The position numbers and the translations under genes are program-made. A stretch of 44,659 bases of DNA. It comes from Nitrospinota bacterium. Lineage in GTDB: Bacteria > Nitrospinota > Nitrospinia > Nitrospinales > VA-1. The stretch lies in the NCBI GenBank assembly GCA_038108555.1, contig JAYNIA010000019.1:1-44659 (forward strand). The letters are read 5' to 3'. Below, piece after piece: positions 30,073 to 39,767 of the stretch. A model generated the notes under the pieces. That model was not told the DNA's origin, searched no databases, and saw only the letters and a list, made by a program, of their open reading frames with translations. Positions within the stretch are counted from its first letter, which is position 1, and each line of letters starts with the position of its first letter.

Positions 30073-30546
30073 ATGAAAGAAAAAGAAATTCTCAAATTGA
30101 TGGCAGATATTCCTTTTTTTAAGCCATTTACACTGAAAGAGAAAAAAATCATGGCCTCCATTGATACCCATATTGTGGAGTATAAAAAGGGAGACCATTT
30201 GATCCGTTAGGGAGAAAAAGACTCTACAATTTTTGTATTGCTTAAGGGAAGTCTGGCTATTACGAAGAATGAGGTGCCGGACGCCGAGTTAAATACTTTA
30301 AATGCCGGGTCCATGTTTGGCGAAGTTCCCTTGATCACAGGTAAAGCTCGCTCAACGAATGTTATCGCAAAGAAGAAAGTCGTGGTTTTGAAGATGGACA
30401 GTTTTCTTCTTAAAACCCTTGACCCTTCTATATTGAATAAGTTCAAAGATCATCTTTTGAAAATATTGATTGGTAGATTGGATGAAATGAATTCAGCCAT
30501 GGCTGCTTTTAAACATGAATTTGAAAAGATGTATAGACGTCTATAA
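30073..30546 (+). pseudogene. Cyclic nucleotide-binding domain protein interrupted by an in-frame TAG
   Basis: From ATG 30073: MKEKEILKLMADIPFFKPF...YKKGDHLIR*GEKDSTIFVLLKG...GSMFGEVPL...ARSTNVIA; TAG at 30208-30210 (codon 46), same frame as ORF 30238-30546. Confidence 0.8.
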
Positions 30547-30560
30547 TGATGTCTGATTAG

Positions 30561-30767
30561 ATGGTCATGGTTAACAAAAAGCTGCCATACGAACGAGATC
30601 CCATTCCCGAAGATAAAAAGCCTCTAAAATTTGAGCCTGAAACCCTAGCTTCAAAAATAACCTTTGGCATAAGTATCAGTCTGGCCATTTTTTTTATCTC
30701 TCTTGTTGCTATTGGGATATGGCAATCGCTTAACCAGTTCTGGAATTATTTAAACAGCCTTTTTTAA
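30561..30767 (+). CDS. Small single-TM hypothetical protein
   Basis: 68-aa ORF with one hydrophobic helix, co-oriented with its neighbours. Confidence 0.55.
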   Translation: MVMVNKKLPYERDPIPEDKKPLKFEPETLASKITFGISISLAIFFISLVAIGIWQSLNQFWNYLNSLF

Positions 30768-30788
30768 ATTTGAGTGGATAGGTAACTT

Positions 30789-31805
30789 GTGAAAAAACGT
30801 CAGCATTTGATCATTCCTGTTTTTATCCCCCACGAGGGCTGTCCTTATCGTTGTGCTTTTTGCAATCAATCTAATATTACCGGAGTGCAGCTTCAAAGCG
30901 ATGAAGTAATAGTTCGCGAAGCAATTCATGCTTACTTGAATGTCTTTGATGCGACCGATTTACCAAAAAGGCGTGAGGTCGCCTTTTATGGAGGAACTTT
31001 TACCGGTCTCCCAGTTGAAAGACAAAAGCAACTCCTGGAAGCGGTCAAACCCTGGATTGATTCGGGCCAGGTTCATTCGATTAGAGTCTCAACACATAGT
31101 TTGTTGGTAGACGAATCAAAAATATCCTTTCTAAAAGATAATCTTGTAAAGATTGTAGAGCTGGGAATTCAGTCTACAAATAATAACGTCTTAAATGCTG
31201 TGGGTCGCCCTTGCGAATATAAGGTTGTTAAATCTGCCGTAAAATCTATTCGAAGTAATGGGATGGGACTGGGCTTACAATTAATGCCAGGTTTGCCTGA
31301 GGATGATGAAACAATTTTTATGCAGTCGGTAAATGATGTTATTGATCTGATGCCTGATTTTGTGAGAATCTATCCCACCTTGGTTATTAAAAATACGAAA
31401 CTGAATGATATGTATAATAAGGGGGCCTATTCTCCCTGGAGTTTGGATAGAATGCTTCTGTTGGTTAAAAAAGCGATGACTAAATTCGATGGTGCCGATA
31501 TTCCGGTTATTAGAGTAGGGCTGCACGCTGACCCCTCGATGGTGGAAAACCTGGTGGATGGTCCCTACCATCCTTCGTTCAGGTATCTCGTGGAAAGTTT
31601 AATGGCAAGGGATAAAATGACGGCGTTGATTGACAGACTGCCTGTTGTCCCACCGGCCATTACTTTTAAGGTACCTTCGAGAGAAGTTTCTTTATATATG
31701 GGACATAAAAAAAATAATATTGAAGCCATTCAAAACAGATATGGCATAGAGAGTATCTTTATAAAACAAAGTAGCAATCAGGAAGGTCTACAACTGGTTG
31801 CATGA
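30789..31805 (+). CDS. Radical SAM protein (Elp3/HemN-related family often found near rnc)
   Basis: IPVFIPHEGCPYRCAFCNQ, AFYGGTFT, ELGIQS, RIYPTLV, GPYHPSF. Confidence 0.9.
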   Translation: MKKRQHLIIPVFIPHEGCPYRCAFCNQSNITGVQLQSDEVIVREAIHAYLNVFDATDLPKRREVAFYGGTFTGLPVERQKQLLEAVKPWIDSGQVHSIRVSTHSLLVDESKISFLKDNLVKIVELGIQSTNNNVLNAVGRPCEYKVVKSAVKSIRSNGMGLGLQLMPGLPEDDETIFMQSVNDVIDLMPDFVRIYPTLVIKNTKLNDMYNKGAYSPWSLDRMLLLVKKAMTKFDGADIPVIRVGLHADPSMVENLVDGPYHPSFRYLVESLMARDKMTALIDRLPVVPPAITFKVPSREVSLYMGHKKNNIEAIQNRYGIESIFIKQSSNQEGLQLVA

Positions 31806-31839
31806 TGTTTTTTTAATTTGAATCTGAAAGGAAAGAATA

Positions 31840-32124
31840 ATGGTAACAATCGGAATGAATTACAAAATGATACCAGGAAAAGAAAAGGTTTTTGAAGATG
31901 CTTTCAAGGCCGTGTTGGGTGTAATGGAGGAAATGGAAGGGCATTCGAAATCTTTTTTGTACAAAGATGTGAGTGATGCACAATCTTACCTGATCGTATC
32001 TGAGTGGACTGATGAACAGGCGTTCAACGATTTTATGGCTTCAGATAAATTTAAAAATGTTGTGAACTGGGGTAAAGAGAATATTCTGGCAGGTCGCCCT
32101 TCACATACGGTTTACAAACATTAG
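31840..32124 (+). CDS. Antibiotic biosynthesis monooxygenase (ABM) family protein
   Basis: PGKEKVFEDAF...GH...YLIVSEW..EQAF..F..S pattern. Confidence 0.8.
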   Translation: MVTIGMNYKMIPGKEKVFEDAFKAVLGVMEEMEGHSKSFLYKDVSDAQSYLIVSEWTDEQAFNDFMASDKFKNVVNWGKENILAGRPSHTVYKH

Positions 32125-32327
32125 TTTGCCGGGGTATGCTCGTAAAGGCCATCGCGAATACAGCGTTTGACCTTTTTGTAAAAGAGCTCGGTATCATGAG
32201 GGAGTTGACCATCAAGACGCCAGCGGATCTTTAGGATTTTTCCCTCCGGGTGTTCAATGACAGAAATAACTTCCCCTGTGTTCCGGGACATGGGTTCGTA
32301 AAGGGTATCGCCAGTATTTATTTTCAT
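32121..32327 (-). CDS. Hypothetical protein (small beta-rich, SH3/KOW-like pattern)
   Basis: 68-aa ORF, MKINTGD...GEVISV...KIRW, protein-like composition. Confidence 0.55.
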   Translation of the reverse strand: MKINTGDTLYEPMSRNTGEVISVIEHPEGKILKIRWRLDGQLPHDTELFYKKVKRCIRDGLYEHTPAN

Positions 32328-32409
32328 TTGGGCCTATTTGGAATTATTTGAACCAGTTTATACACTTTGGCTGGAAATTGCATATTAATTTCAGAAGTAA
32401 TAGGGAGGA

Positions 32410-32664
32410 ATGATGGAGGACTATGTAGTTATGTGCGCGATGTATCCCACAATGACATCAGGAAAGGTGGATAAGTTTCTTGTCAGAAAGGGGGATAAGG
32501 TCGTACCGGGAACTGCGGTTGCGGAAATAATATCTGAGGGGTATTTTACCTTGCTCTCAGAAGTGGAAGGTATAGTGAAAGAATTTTATGTTCAAGAAGG
32601 TGAGTATGTGGAGGTGGATACCGCGATCATCGAAATTGAGCTGGCTGAACCTGAGGAAGAATAG
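32410..32664 (+). CDS. Standalone biotinyl/lipoyl-like domain protein
   Basis: PTMTSGKV..FLVRKGDKV, SEVEGIVKEFYVQEGEYVEV; GGGAGG RBS. Confidence 0.8.
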   Translation: MMEDYVVMCAMYPTMTSGKVDKFLVRKGDKVVPGTAVAEIISEGYFTLLSEVEGIVKEFYVQEGEYVEVDTAIIEIELAEPEEE

Positions 32665-34017
32665 TTATAAAACGACTAGAATAAATTGAGCTGTGGTAAG
32701 GTAAACCGCCAGACCAATAATGTCGTTGGTTACAGTAATTATGGGTCCGGTACTGATTGCAGGATCAATATTGAATTTAATAAATATAATTGGGGTAAGG
32801 GAACCTACCAAAGAGGCGATGGACACGGCCAAAATAATTCCCATCCCAACCACAAGCCCCAGCAATGGGTCGGTTTTCAATAATACTTCTGCGGATAGGC
32901 TGACCAGAGTACCGCAAAGAACCCCGAATATAGCTCCGTTAAGGATTCCTACAAGTATTTCATTTTTTATAATATGGTGAATATTATCTTCTTTAATATC
33001 ACCTGTCGCCAAGCCACGTACGACAACCGTAGCCCCTTGGATCCCAACATTACCGGCAAGCCCAATAACAAACGGAATGAATAAAATTATTGCTGCATAT
33101 TCTGCAAGTGTGTTATCAAAAATTCCCAATATCCATGCACTAATAATTCCTCCAATAAATGTGGTGAACAACCATGGAGCGCGGGCAATAATTTTGCTGC
33201 TGGTTTTTTTTGCAAAAGGATCTACCTTTGCGGTACCCACCATGGTGTAGATATCTTCGCTGGCAATTTCTTCTATTAGGCGAATGACGTCATCAAAGGT
33301 AACGACTCCATGGATTACGTTGTTTTCATCGACAACAGGAAGAATACTGAGGTGTTCCTGGCTCATCAAATTAGCTACTTTTTCGCACGGATCATTAATG
33401 ACGACCTTGGGGGTATCTTGTCGTATAAACTCTTGAGCGGTTGCGGATGCAGGTGCATTGAGCAGGTCACGTAATTTGAAAAATCCTAATAACTTGTCTT
33501 GATCGTCCACGACATAAAAATAAGGATGGGTGTCGGATTGGGATTCTTGCCGGACTTTCGTAAAGATTTCTGCTGCCGGCTTGTTGGATAAAACCTTGTT
33601 GAACTCGGGGGTCATTAATCCGCCAGCCGTTTCTTCACCGTATTGGATCAGGTCTTTGATGATTTCAGCATCCTGTTTCTCCATTTTGCTCAGGATTTCC
33701 TCCTGAGCTTCATCGGAATGCTCCTGGATTATATCGGTGGCTTCATCTTCGGCCATCTCATCGAGGAGGTTTGCCAGGTAATCTTTATCCAACGTGTTCT
33801 GGATTTCCATCCGGCTGTCCATATCCGTTTCATAAAGTAATGTCTGGCGCTTTTCATCACTGTTTAGAAGGTGGAAGATCCGAACTTTTTCCTCTTTGGG
33901 AAATTCATTTAATCGGCGGGCAATTTCAAAATAATCCAACTCATTGATGAGTGAACTAAGGGCAATCTCCTCAATATTTTCATCTTTAAAAGATTGTTTA
34001 ATTCTATCAATTGGCAT
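32665..34017 (-). CDS. mgtE: Magnesium transporter MgtE
   Basis: ETAGGLMT, CBS pair, RAPWL, AGNVGIQ, DPAISTGPIIT..ND. Confidence 0.94.
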   Translation of the reverse strand: MPIDRIKQSFKDENIEEIALSSLINELDYFEIARRLNEFPKEEKVRIFHLLNSDEKRQTLLYETDMDSRMEIQNTLDKDYLANLLDEMAEDEATDIIQEHSDEAQEEILSKMEKQDAEIIKDLIQYGEETAGGLMTPEFNKVLSNKPAAEIFTKVRQESQSDTHPYFYVVDDQDKLLGFFKLRDLLNAPASATAQEFIRQDTPKVVINDPCEKVANLMSQEHLSILPVVDENNVIHGVVTFDDVIRLIEEIASEDIYTMVGTAKVDPFAKKTSSKIIARAPWLFTTFIGGIISAWILGIFDNTLAEYAAIILFIPFVIGLAGNVGIQGATVVVRGLATGDIKEDNIHHIIKNEILVGILNGAIFGVLCGTLVSLSAEVLLKTDPLLGLVVGMGIILAVSIASLVGSLTPIIFIKFNIDPAISTGPIITVTNDIIGLAVYLTTAQFILVVL

Positions 34018-34104
34018 AAAAAACTTTCCACTTTGACCAAAATTAGCGTAATCTATCTACGTATTATTCGAAAAATTTTGGTTTGCCAGTTATAGCGAGG
34101 AACT

Positions 34105-34347
34105 ATGATTTTAAATATGTCCCATGAGGACAAAAAAAGATATAAAGACTCTTTCTCAGAGCGCAAAACCCGAACTAGAAAAAAAAGGTCTACTATATTA
34201 TCAAATAAAACCAAAGACCTGCTATCTAAAAAATTTGATGATGGGCATCCAGAAGGGAAGGAACAGGATGCTCCCCAAATCGATCCGCATGTAAAAATGA
34301 ATGATAACTATTTGCGAACGGGTCCCTATAAACCCAAGAAAAAATAG
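34105..34347 (+). CDS. Hypothetical basic protein
   Basis: 80-aa Lys/Arg-rich ORF with a GAGG RBS. Confidence 0.5.
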   Translation: MILNMSHEDKKRYKDSFSERKTRTRKKRSTILSNKTKDLLSKKFDDGHPEGKEQDAPQIDPHVKMNDNYLRTGPYKPKKK

Positions 34348-34417
34348 TTGTAAAGATTCTGGGAAGATCTACTTAGTGTTTTAGAATTAAAACTGGGGAT
34401 AAATCAGGGAGGGTGGG

Positions 34418-36085
34418 TTACTTCTTTGCCGTTCCGTTCTCGTGTTTTTCCTGGTAGATTTTATATATTTCATGATCAATGAAGAGTTCGACCAAATCAT
34501 TATCCAGCTCACCTTTTTCTGACATGGATCTTAGAATCCGATAGACTGTGTCTAGTGGCATTGCTTTCTTGTAAGGTCGGTCTGAGGCAGTCAATGCCTC
34601 GGCAATATCGGTGACTGCCATTAATTTTCCTTCAAACGGAATTTCATCGCCTTTAAGCCCTAAAGGATAGCCATTTCCATTAATAAACTCGTGATGCGCC
34701 CCGGCAAAGTTGGGAATGTTCTTGAGTTTTTTAGTGAATGGAATCTGTTTAAGCATGCGCAAGGTTACTGCGGCATGATCCTGCATTTTCTTTCTTTCTG
34801 CTTCGGTGATGCTGCCTCGGCGAATGGAAAGGTTTAGCAGTTCGTCTTCACTCAGGAAGGGTTGTTCCTCACCGGCACTATCGGTAAAGGTCCTTTGAGA
34901 AATTTCTTTAAGCCTATCAAGGGTTTCATCTTCCAGGAATTCGCCCGGTTCATTACACTTGTTAATAAAGGTGCGGATTTCGGTTAGCTCCTCAATCTTT
35001 GTTTCTGATTCTGCATCCAGCTTTTGAATTTCTGTAGGATCAGCACCCTTTTGCAACAATTCGATTTTCTTTTTCTGGTTTTCCAGTTGAACGCTTTGAA
35101 TGATGTAATCCATCCGTAAGCGAACGTAGTGAATTCGGTCAAAAATGGTTTGCAGTTTTTTGGCTTTCTCAACAATTTCGACGGGGGTCGTAACTTTTCC
35201 GATATCATGCATGTAGGCTGCAATTCTTAATTCATACATTTGATCGGGATTAAATTTTATATCTTTAAACGGCCCCTCATTATGATTATGTATGAATTCA
35301 GCCATGGTTAAAGTTAGGTCTGCAACGCGACGAATATGTCCGCCTGTTACCGGAGATTTTTCATCAATCGCGGTTGCCATTACCTTAACGAATGCCTCAA
35401 ACAATTCGGTCATATTTGAGATTAATTTGGCGTTTGTAATTGAAACGGCTGCTTGAGAGGCCAGGGACTCTGTAAGATTTTCATAGTCTTGGGAAAAAGC
35501 AATTACATCATTATTCACGGTGTTGGTGGCATTCAGCAGTTGAAGAACCCCAATGACATCGCTCTCGTGGTTCTTCATCGGTACAACGAGCATGGATTTG
35601 GATCGATAGCCGGTGGATTGATCAAACTTTTTCGGCCCGGTGAAGTCAAATAAATCGGTGTCATAAACATCCGGAATATTGACCGATTGTCCTTTCAGGG
35701 CAACAAAGGCGGAAACATTCGATTCCTTTAATTCGACAGGAGGAAAGGGGATGGTTTCACCGGTTTTTCCTCCCATTCGAATTTTAAGGCTGTCGTTTTG
35801 TACAATTTGAAAACGAAGTGTGTTGTCTTCGACAATATATAAGGTCCCGGCATCCGCGTTGGTAAAGCTGCGGGCCTGGTCAACAATCATTTCAAGGAGT
35901 TCGTTTAGATCATATACTGCTGATAATGCTCTGCCTATGTCGGACAATTTTCTTATTTGTCCCCCCAGGCGTTCTGCGTAGGCAGTCACTTCATCGACCA
36001 CACTGCGGAGGAGTGTATTCAGGTTTTCATCCGGTGAGAGTCTGACCGCTTCAGAAGTTTGCTTTGATGATGCGTTGTCGTTCAT
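34418..36085 (-). CDS. GAF + HD-GYP phosphodiesterase (probably c-di-GMP)
   Basis: GAF (ADAGTLY...YRSKSMLVVPM...GVLQLLN), TGGHIRRV, MHDIGK, AHHE..NGNGYP, DI.EALT..DRPYK. Confidence 0.93.
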   Translation of the reverse strand: MNDNASSKQTSEAVRLSPDENLNTLLRSVVDEVTAYAERLGGQIRKLSDIGRALSAVYDLNELLEMIVDQARSFTNADAGTLYIVEDNTLRFQIVQNDSLKIRMGGKTGETIPFPPVELKESNVSAFVALKGQSVNIPDVYDTDLFDFTGPKKFDQSTGYRSKSMLVVPMKNHESDVIGVLQLLNATNTVNNDVIAFSQDYENLTESLASQAAVSITNAKLISNMTELFEAFVKVMATAIDEKSPVTGGHIRRVADLTLTMAEFIHNHNEGPFKDIKFNPDQMYELRIAAYMHDIGKVTTPVEIVEKAKKLQTIFDRIHYVRLRMDYIIQSVQLENQKKKIELLQKGADPTEIQKLDAESETKIEELTEIRTFINKCNEPGEFLEDETLDRLKEISQRTFTDSAGEEQPFLSEDELLNLSIRRGSITEAERKKMQDHAAVTLRMLKQIPFTKKLKNIPNFAGAHHEFINGNGYPLGLKGDEIPFEGKLMAVTDIAEALTASDRPYKKAMPLDTVYRILRSMSEKGELDNDLVELFIDHEIYKIYQEKHENGTAKK

Positions 36086-36261
36086 AAGCCTAATTTTTCA
36101 ATGTGTTTTTGGGCACATTTTGAAGGAAAAATATAACAAAACCGATTACTAATTATTAAATAAAAATATAATTAAATCAATTCAATTGAAAAATGGCCAT
36201 TCTGGAAATTGTATCAGTAGCCTGCTAAACCCACAAATCTGTTGAGAAATCGATGTTTAGA

Positions 36262-37065
36262 TTAGAAATAATCCTTTAATAACTGGGGCTCTTTGGACAA
36301 CCAAATTTTCTTCCCACACACGTTAACGAACACGGGGTCGTTTGATTCGAAAAGGGTCAAATGAGATTGATAGAGATCTTCCGCATTGGTCCGGCAATCG
36401 CCATAAGCTTCTTTCTCTTCTGAAAAAATACCTTCTTCAAATTGCTTGATTCCATCTTTAGAGCTTTTTCCTGAAAAATAGGATTTTAGTAAGGGGTCTT
36501 TTAGGTTTTCCGGGTTTTTTGCTGATTTGCGAAGAAGCAGTTTGATTCCTCTTGAAGACTGGGATTCAAAGAGCCCGGCGCGAATACAGGCGCGATGAGA
36601 TTTTCCTGACTCCAAAGTCCACTTTTCAATCGCTTCCTTGGAATACCCCATGGCCCCATAGGTTGCCAATTGATGACGTATGACGTAAAAGGTGGAGTAG
36701 GTCACAATGGTTTTGATATTGAGTTTTTCTTCCAGAACCGGAATTGGGTCAAAGGACAACCGGTTTGATTGGGTGATGGACTCCTCGCTGGCCTCAGCTA
36801 TCGGGACCCCCACTTCACCCAGGGCCGTAGCATAAAACATATATTCAAAAGGCTCATCGTTTTCGGCCTGAATTTCTGCTATGCAACTGGGATCAGAAAT
36901 ATCCCCAAATATGGTTTTTGTAGCACCTTCAATTGTAAAACCTGGATCTTCTTTTCCGAACCAGTTCGCAATGATATTGGCCTCATCGCCATATTTTTCG
37001 CGCACCGCTTTTATAGCCGCCTGGCCCATTACACCGCTTCCACCAATGACCAAAAATTTGCTCAT
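36262..37065 (-). CDS. Divergent NAD(P)-dependent SDR, candidate enoyl-ACP reductase
   Basis: Rossmann LVIGGSGVMG; YGAMGYSK (YxxMxxxK); RAGLFESQSSRGI. Confidence 0.6.
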   Translation of the reverse strand: MSKFLVIGGSGVMGQAAIKAVREKYGDEANIIANWFGKEDPGFTIEGATKTIFGDISDPSCIAEIQAENDEPFEYMFYATALGEVGVPIAEASEESITQSNRLSFDPIPVLEEKLNIKTIVTYSTFYVIRHQLATYGAMGYSKEAIEKWTLESGKSHRACIRAGLFESQSSRGIKLLLRKSAKNPENLKDPLLKSYFSGKSSKDGIKQFEEGIFSEEKEAYGDCRTNAEDLYQSHLTLFESNDPVFVNVCGKKIWLSKEPQLLKDYF

Positions 37066-37112
37066 AATTTACCTCGTTCTTTTTTGATGTTAGTTGTTTA
37101 GTGAGTCAAAAA

Positions 37113-37784
37113 TCAGGAGCCGCCTGTGCTCTCATTGATGTCGACATATGGGATATTGGCGTTTTCAGCCAAAGCCTGACTCAAATATTTGTCATTTTTA
37201 AATAGACCATCAATTTCGCCCGCAAGGGCTTTTACCTTGTTTGGAATGGAGTCGTCTATCTTTTGATTGTTAATTTGTTCAGCAAGGGACTTATAGGTTT
37301 CGATGTGTGACGCTGATTTTTTAATGGATTCTTTAATCGAGCTAATTTCAAGGGTACGTTCCTTATTCGCAAGGGAAAACTTAAGAAACTCATACCAGAT
37401 ATCAATTTCAGCTTCGCTTTTCCCTAAAATAATGAGGTGCTTCCTAAAGCCTTCTTCTCCCCTTTTTTTTATACCATCCCTTACGTATCGAGCCACCTCG
37501 TTCATGGGGATTCCGTAAAGAGTGTCACAAAGATACTCTAAATGAAAAATGATTGAATTCACCTTTCTATCCAAAAGGATTGCATTGACTGAATGATCCT
37601 GAAGCTCGCGATTTTTTTCAAATAAACCCCATATCCCATCCAATTCGGCAACCCGTTCCCTTTTTAAATGCAGGGGATTTATGTGGTCATGGCATTTGGA
37701 AATTTCCTTTTTATCGGCGTGGACCCATCCTGGTAACGCCACCCATAAAAATACAATTGTGGATACTAGAAATTCTTTTTTCAT
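37113..37784 (-). CDS. Exported hypothetical protein
   Basis: Sec signal MKKEF...WVHA; helical, two Cys. Confidence 0.7.
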   Translation of the reverse strand: MKKEFLVSTIVFLWVALPGWVHADKKEISKCHDHINPLHLKRERVAELDGIWGLFEKNRELQDHSVNAILLDRKVNSIIFHLEYLCDTLYGIPMNEVARYVRDGIKKRGEEGFRKHLIILGKSEAEIDIWYEFLKFSLANKERTLEISSIKESIKKSASHIETYKSLAEQINNQKIDDSIPNKVKALAGEIDGLFKNDKYLSQALAENANIPYVDINESTGGS

Positions 37785-37788
37785 TAGT

Positions 37789-38037
37789 TTAATGGCCGCT
37801 TATATGGGTAGTGGTAGGTGCCCCTGAAATTCTTGCTCTTCCACCGCCACTAATGTGTTCCTGAACCGGGACGGATGGTGGCTTTGTATTTGGTCGTTTG
37901 ACGGGTTCGCTTTCAATTTGTACTGATTTTTTTTGTATAGATTCTTTCTTTGGAGGTTCCTGCTTTTTTTCAGGATCTGCAGAACAGGCGGTGGTTCCGA
38001 TGAATAGCGAGAATATAAATAAAATTACAAATTTCAT
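37789..38037 (-). CDS. Small hypothetical lipoprotein
   Basis: MKFVILFIFSLFIGTTAC lipobox; Pro/Lys-rich disordered body. Confidence 0.6.
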   Translation of the reverse strand: MKFVILFIFSLFIGTTACSADPEKKQEPPKKESIQKKSVQIESEPVKRPNTKPPSVPVQEHISGGGRARISGAPTTTHISGH

Positions 38038-38145
38038 TTGGTGCCTATTTTAATAAAAGGGTTTTTGAATTTATGCCTATATATAATTTAAGTCAATCAG
38101 AATATGGAAGGTGTTTCTGTTCTAACATAATGTTCATTTTATTTT

Positions 38146-38577
38146 CTATTTCGTCATGCTGGTTTTTCCAAGTTTCAACAAAAACTGATATTCTTTTTTG
38201 GTGACGGGCATGACCGATAATCTTGATTGCTTGATGAGGGCAATGTCTGCAAGCTCTTTATGTAATTTAATCTCTTCCAGTGAAACGGGTACCTTAAATG
38301 GTTTCACAGGAACCAAATCCACGACGACCCATCGGTCATCATCCGTGGTTGGGTCTTGATAAGCCTCCCGTGTTACCTTCGCGATTCCAACAATTTCCTT
38401 GCCAGTAACACTGTGATAAAAAAGGACGTGGTCTCCTTTCCTCATGGATTTCAAATTATTCCGCGCCTGGTAGTTGCGCACACCGTCCCAATAAGTGTTT
38501 CCGTCTTTTTCAAACTGTTCCCAGCTATATTTTGAGGGTTCTTGTTTGACTATCCAAAAAGATGCTTTTTTTTTCAT
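38146..38577 (-). CDS. EVE domain protein
   Basis: FWIVKQEP, WDGVRNYQARN, GD..LFYHS, SRLSVMPV. Confidence 0.93.
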   Translation of the reverse strand: MKKKASFWIVKQEPSKYSWEQFEKDGNTYWDGVRNYQARNNLKSMRKGDHVLFYHSVTGKEIVGIAKVTREAYQDPTTDDDRWVVVDLVPVKPFKVPVSLEEIKLHKELADIALIKQSRLSVMPVTKKEYQFLLKLGKTSMTK

Positions 38578-38813
38578 ATTTAGATGGTATTCTCTATAGA
38601 TTACTTTAGTTAGCTATTGGTTTGTGTTTTTGGGGTTCAAGTCTTTTTAGCAAAAAGCCTTTGTCAATAAAGGGGTTAAAGAGGAGAGGAGTAATTATCT
38701 CATTGACGTAAATCTTCAATAGAAATATAATCCTTTTCTCCAATCTGTTGAAAATTATACTGCAATTTCGTTTATTCGGGTGTCTTAAATACCCGCTGGG
38801 AGATTTTATTATC

Positions 38814-39764
38814 ATGTACCGAAAAGAAATAAAAGTTTTAGATTGTACCATCCGTGATGGCGGATTAATGAATAATCACCTTTTCAGTGACGAATTGGTT
38901 CGCGGTGTTTTTCATGCTGTCAATAACTCGGGTGTCGATTATATCGAATTAGGGTACAAAGCGGATGAAAATCAGTTTAAGCGTGGCGAGTTTGGCCCGA
39001 TGAAGTTTTGCACTGAAAAGGATTTAGAAAATGTAATCGGCGATTCAGAAGTGAATTGTAAGGTTTCGGTAATGGCTGATATTGGAAGATTTGACCCAAA
39101 AGCAGTTATTCCCAAAGCTGAAAGCTATGTAGACATGATGCGGGTTGCCTCTTATGTAAAAGATATTGATAAGGCCATAGAGTTTGTTAATACCTTGAAC
39201 TCAAAAGGGTATGAAACAACCATCAATATTATGGCGGTTTCCCATGCCCGTGAAAGGGAATTGGACGAGGCTCTTGAACAGGTAGAAAAAGAAAGTGCAA
39301 CGGATGTGGTTTACCTGGTCGATAGTTTTGGGGCTTTGTACTCGGAACAAATTGCTTATCTCGCAAAAAAATATAAAGCTGCAATGCCAAGTCGTGAAAT
39401 TGGTATCCATGCCCATAACAATCAGCAACTAGCTTTTGCCAATACAATTGAAGCTATTATTCAGGGGATCAACTATCTGGATGGAACCATTTTTGGAATT
39501 GGCCGTGCTGCTGGAAATTGCCCTCTTGAGCTTTTGCTTGGATTTCTGAAGAATCCTAAATTTAATATTCGACCGATCCTGGATGTGTTAGGAAAAGATT
39601 TTGTGAAACTCCGTGAAGAGATCGAATGGGGATACACGATTCCGTATATGATTACCGGAATTCTGGATCTTCACCCTCGCGCCGGAATGAAGTTGAGAAA
39701 CTCGGAAGAGAAGGACGAATATTTGGGATTCTATGAGAAATTAACTTCTGAAGCCAACGTTTAA
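38814..39764 (+). CDS. DRE-TIM metallolyase, HOA (4-hydroxy-2-oxovalerate aldolase)-like
   Basis: LDCTIRDGG, VDSFG, GIHAHNN, GRAAGNCPLE; start at ATG 38814 after GGGAG. Confidence 0.88.
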   Translation: MYRKEIKVLDCTIRDGGLMNNHLFSDELVRGVFHAVNNSGVDYIELGYKADENQFKRGEFGPMKFCTEKDLENVIGDSEVNCKVSVMADIGRFDPKAVIPKAESYVDMMRVASYVKDIDKAIEFVNTLNSKGYETTINIMAVSHARERELDEALEQVEKESATDVVYLVDSFGALYSEQIAYLAKKYKAAMPSREIGIHAHNNQQLAFANTIEAIIQGINYLDGTIFGIGRAAGNCPLELLLGFLKNPKFNIRPILDVLGKDFVKLREEIEWGYTIPYMITGILDLHPRAGMKLRNSEEKDEYLGFYEKLTSEANV

Positions 39765-39767
39765 CCT

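Noticed and set aside
30208..30210. Pyrrolysine or genome-wide TAG recoding
   Set aside because: TAG is used as a normal stop by conserved genes in this window and no pyl genes are present.
38120..38147. dif-like site (TTCTAACATAA TGTTCA ...)
   Set aside because: Only the XerD-like arm resembles the consensus; the other arm does not, and the region is AT-rich.
38606..38851. 81-aa minus-strand ORF and the TTG-extended start (38748) of the aldolase
   Set aside because: Lies in a divergent promoter region; a better start with RBS exists at 38814.
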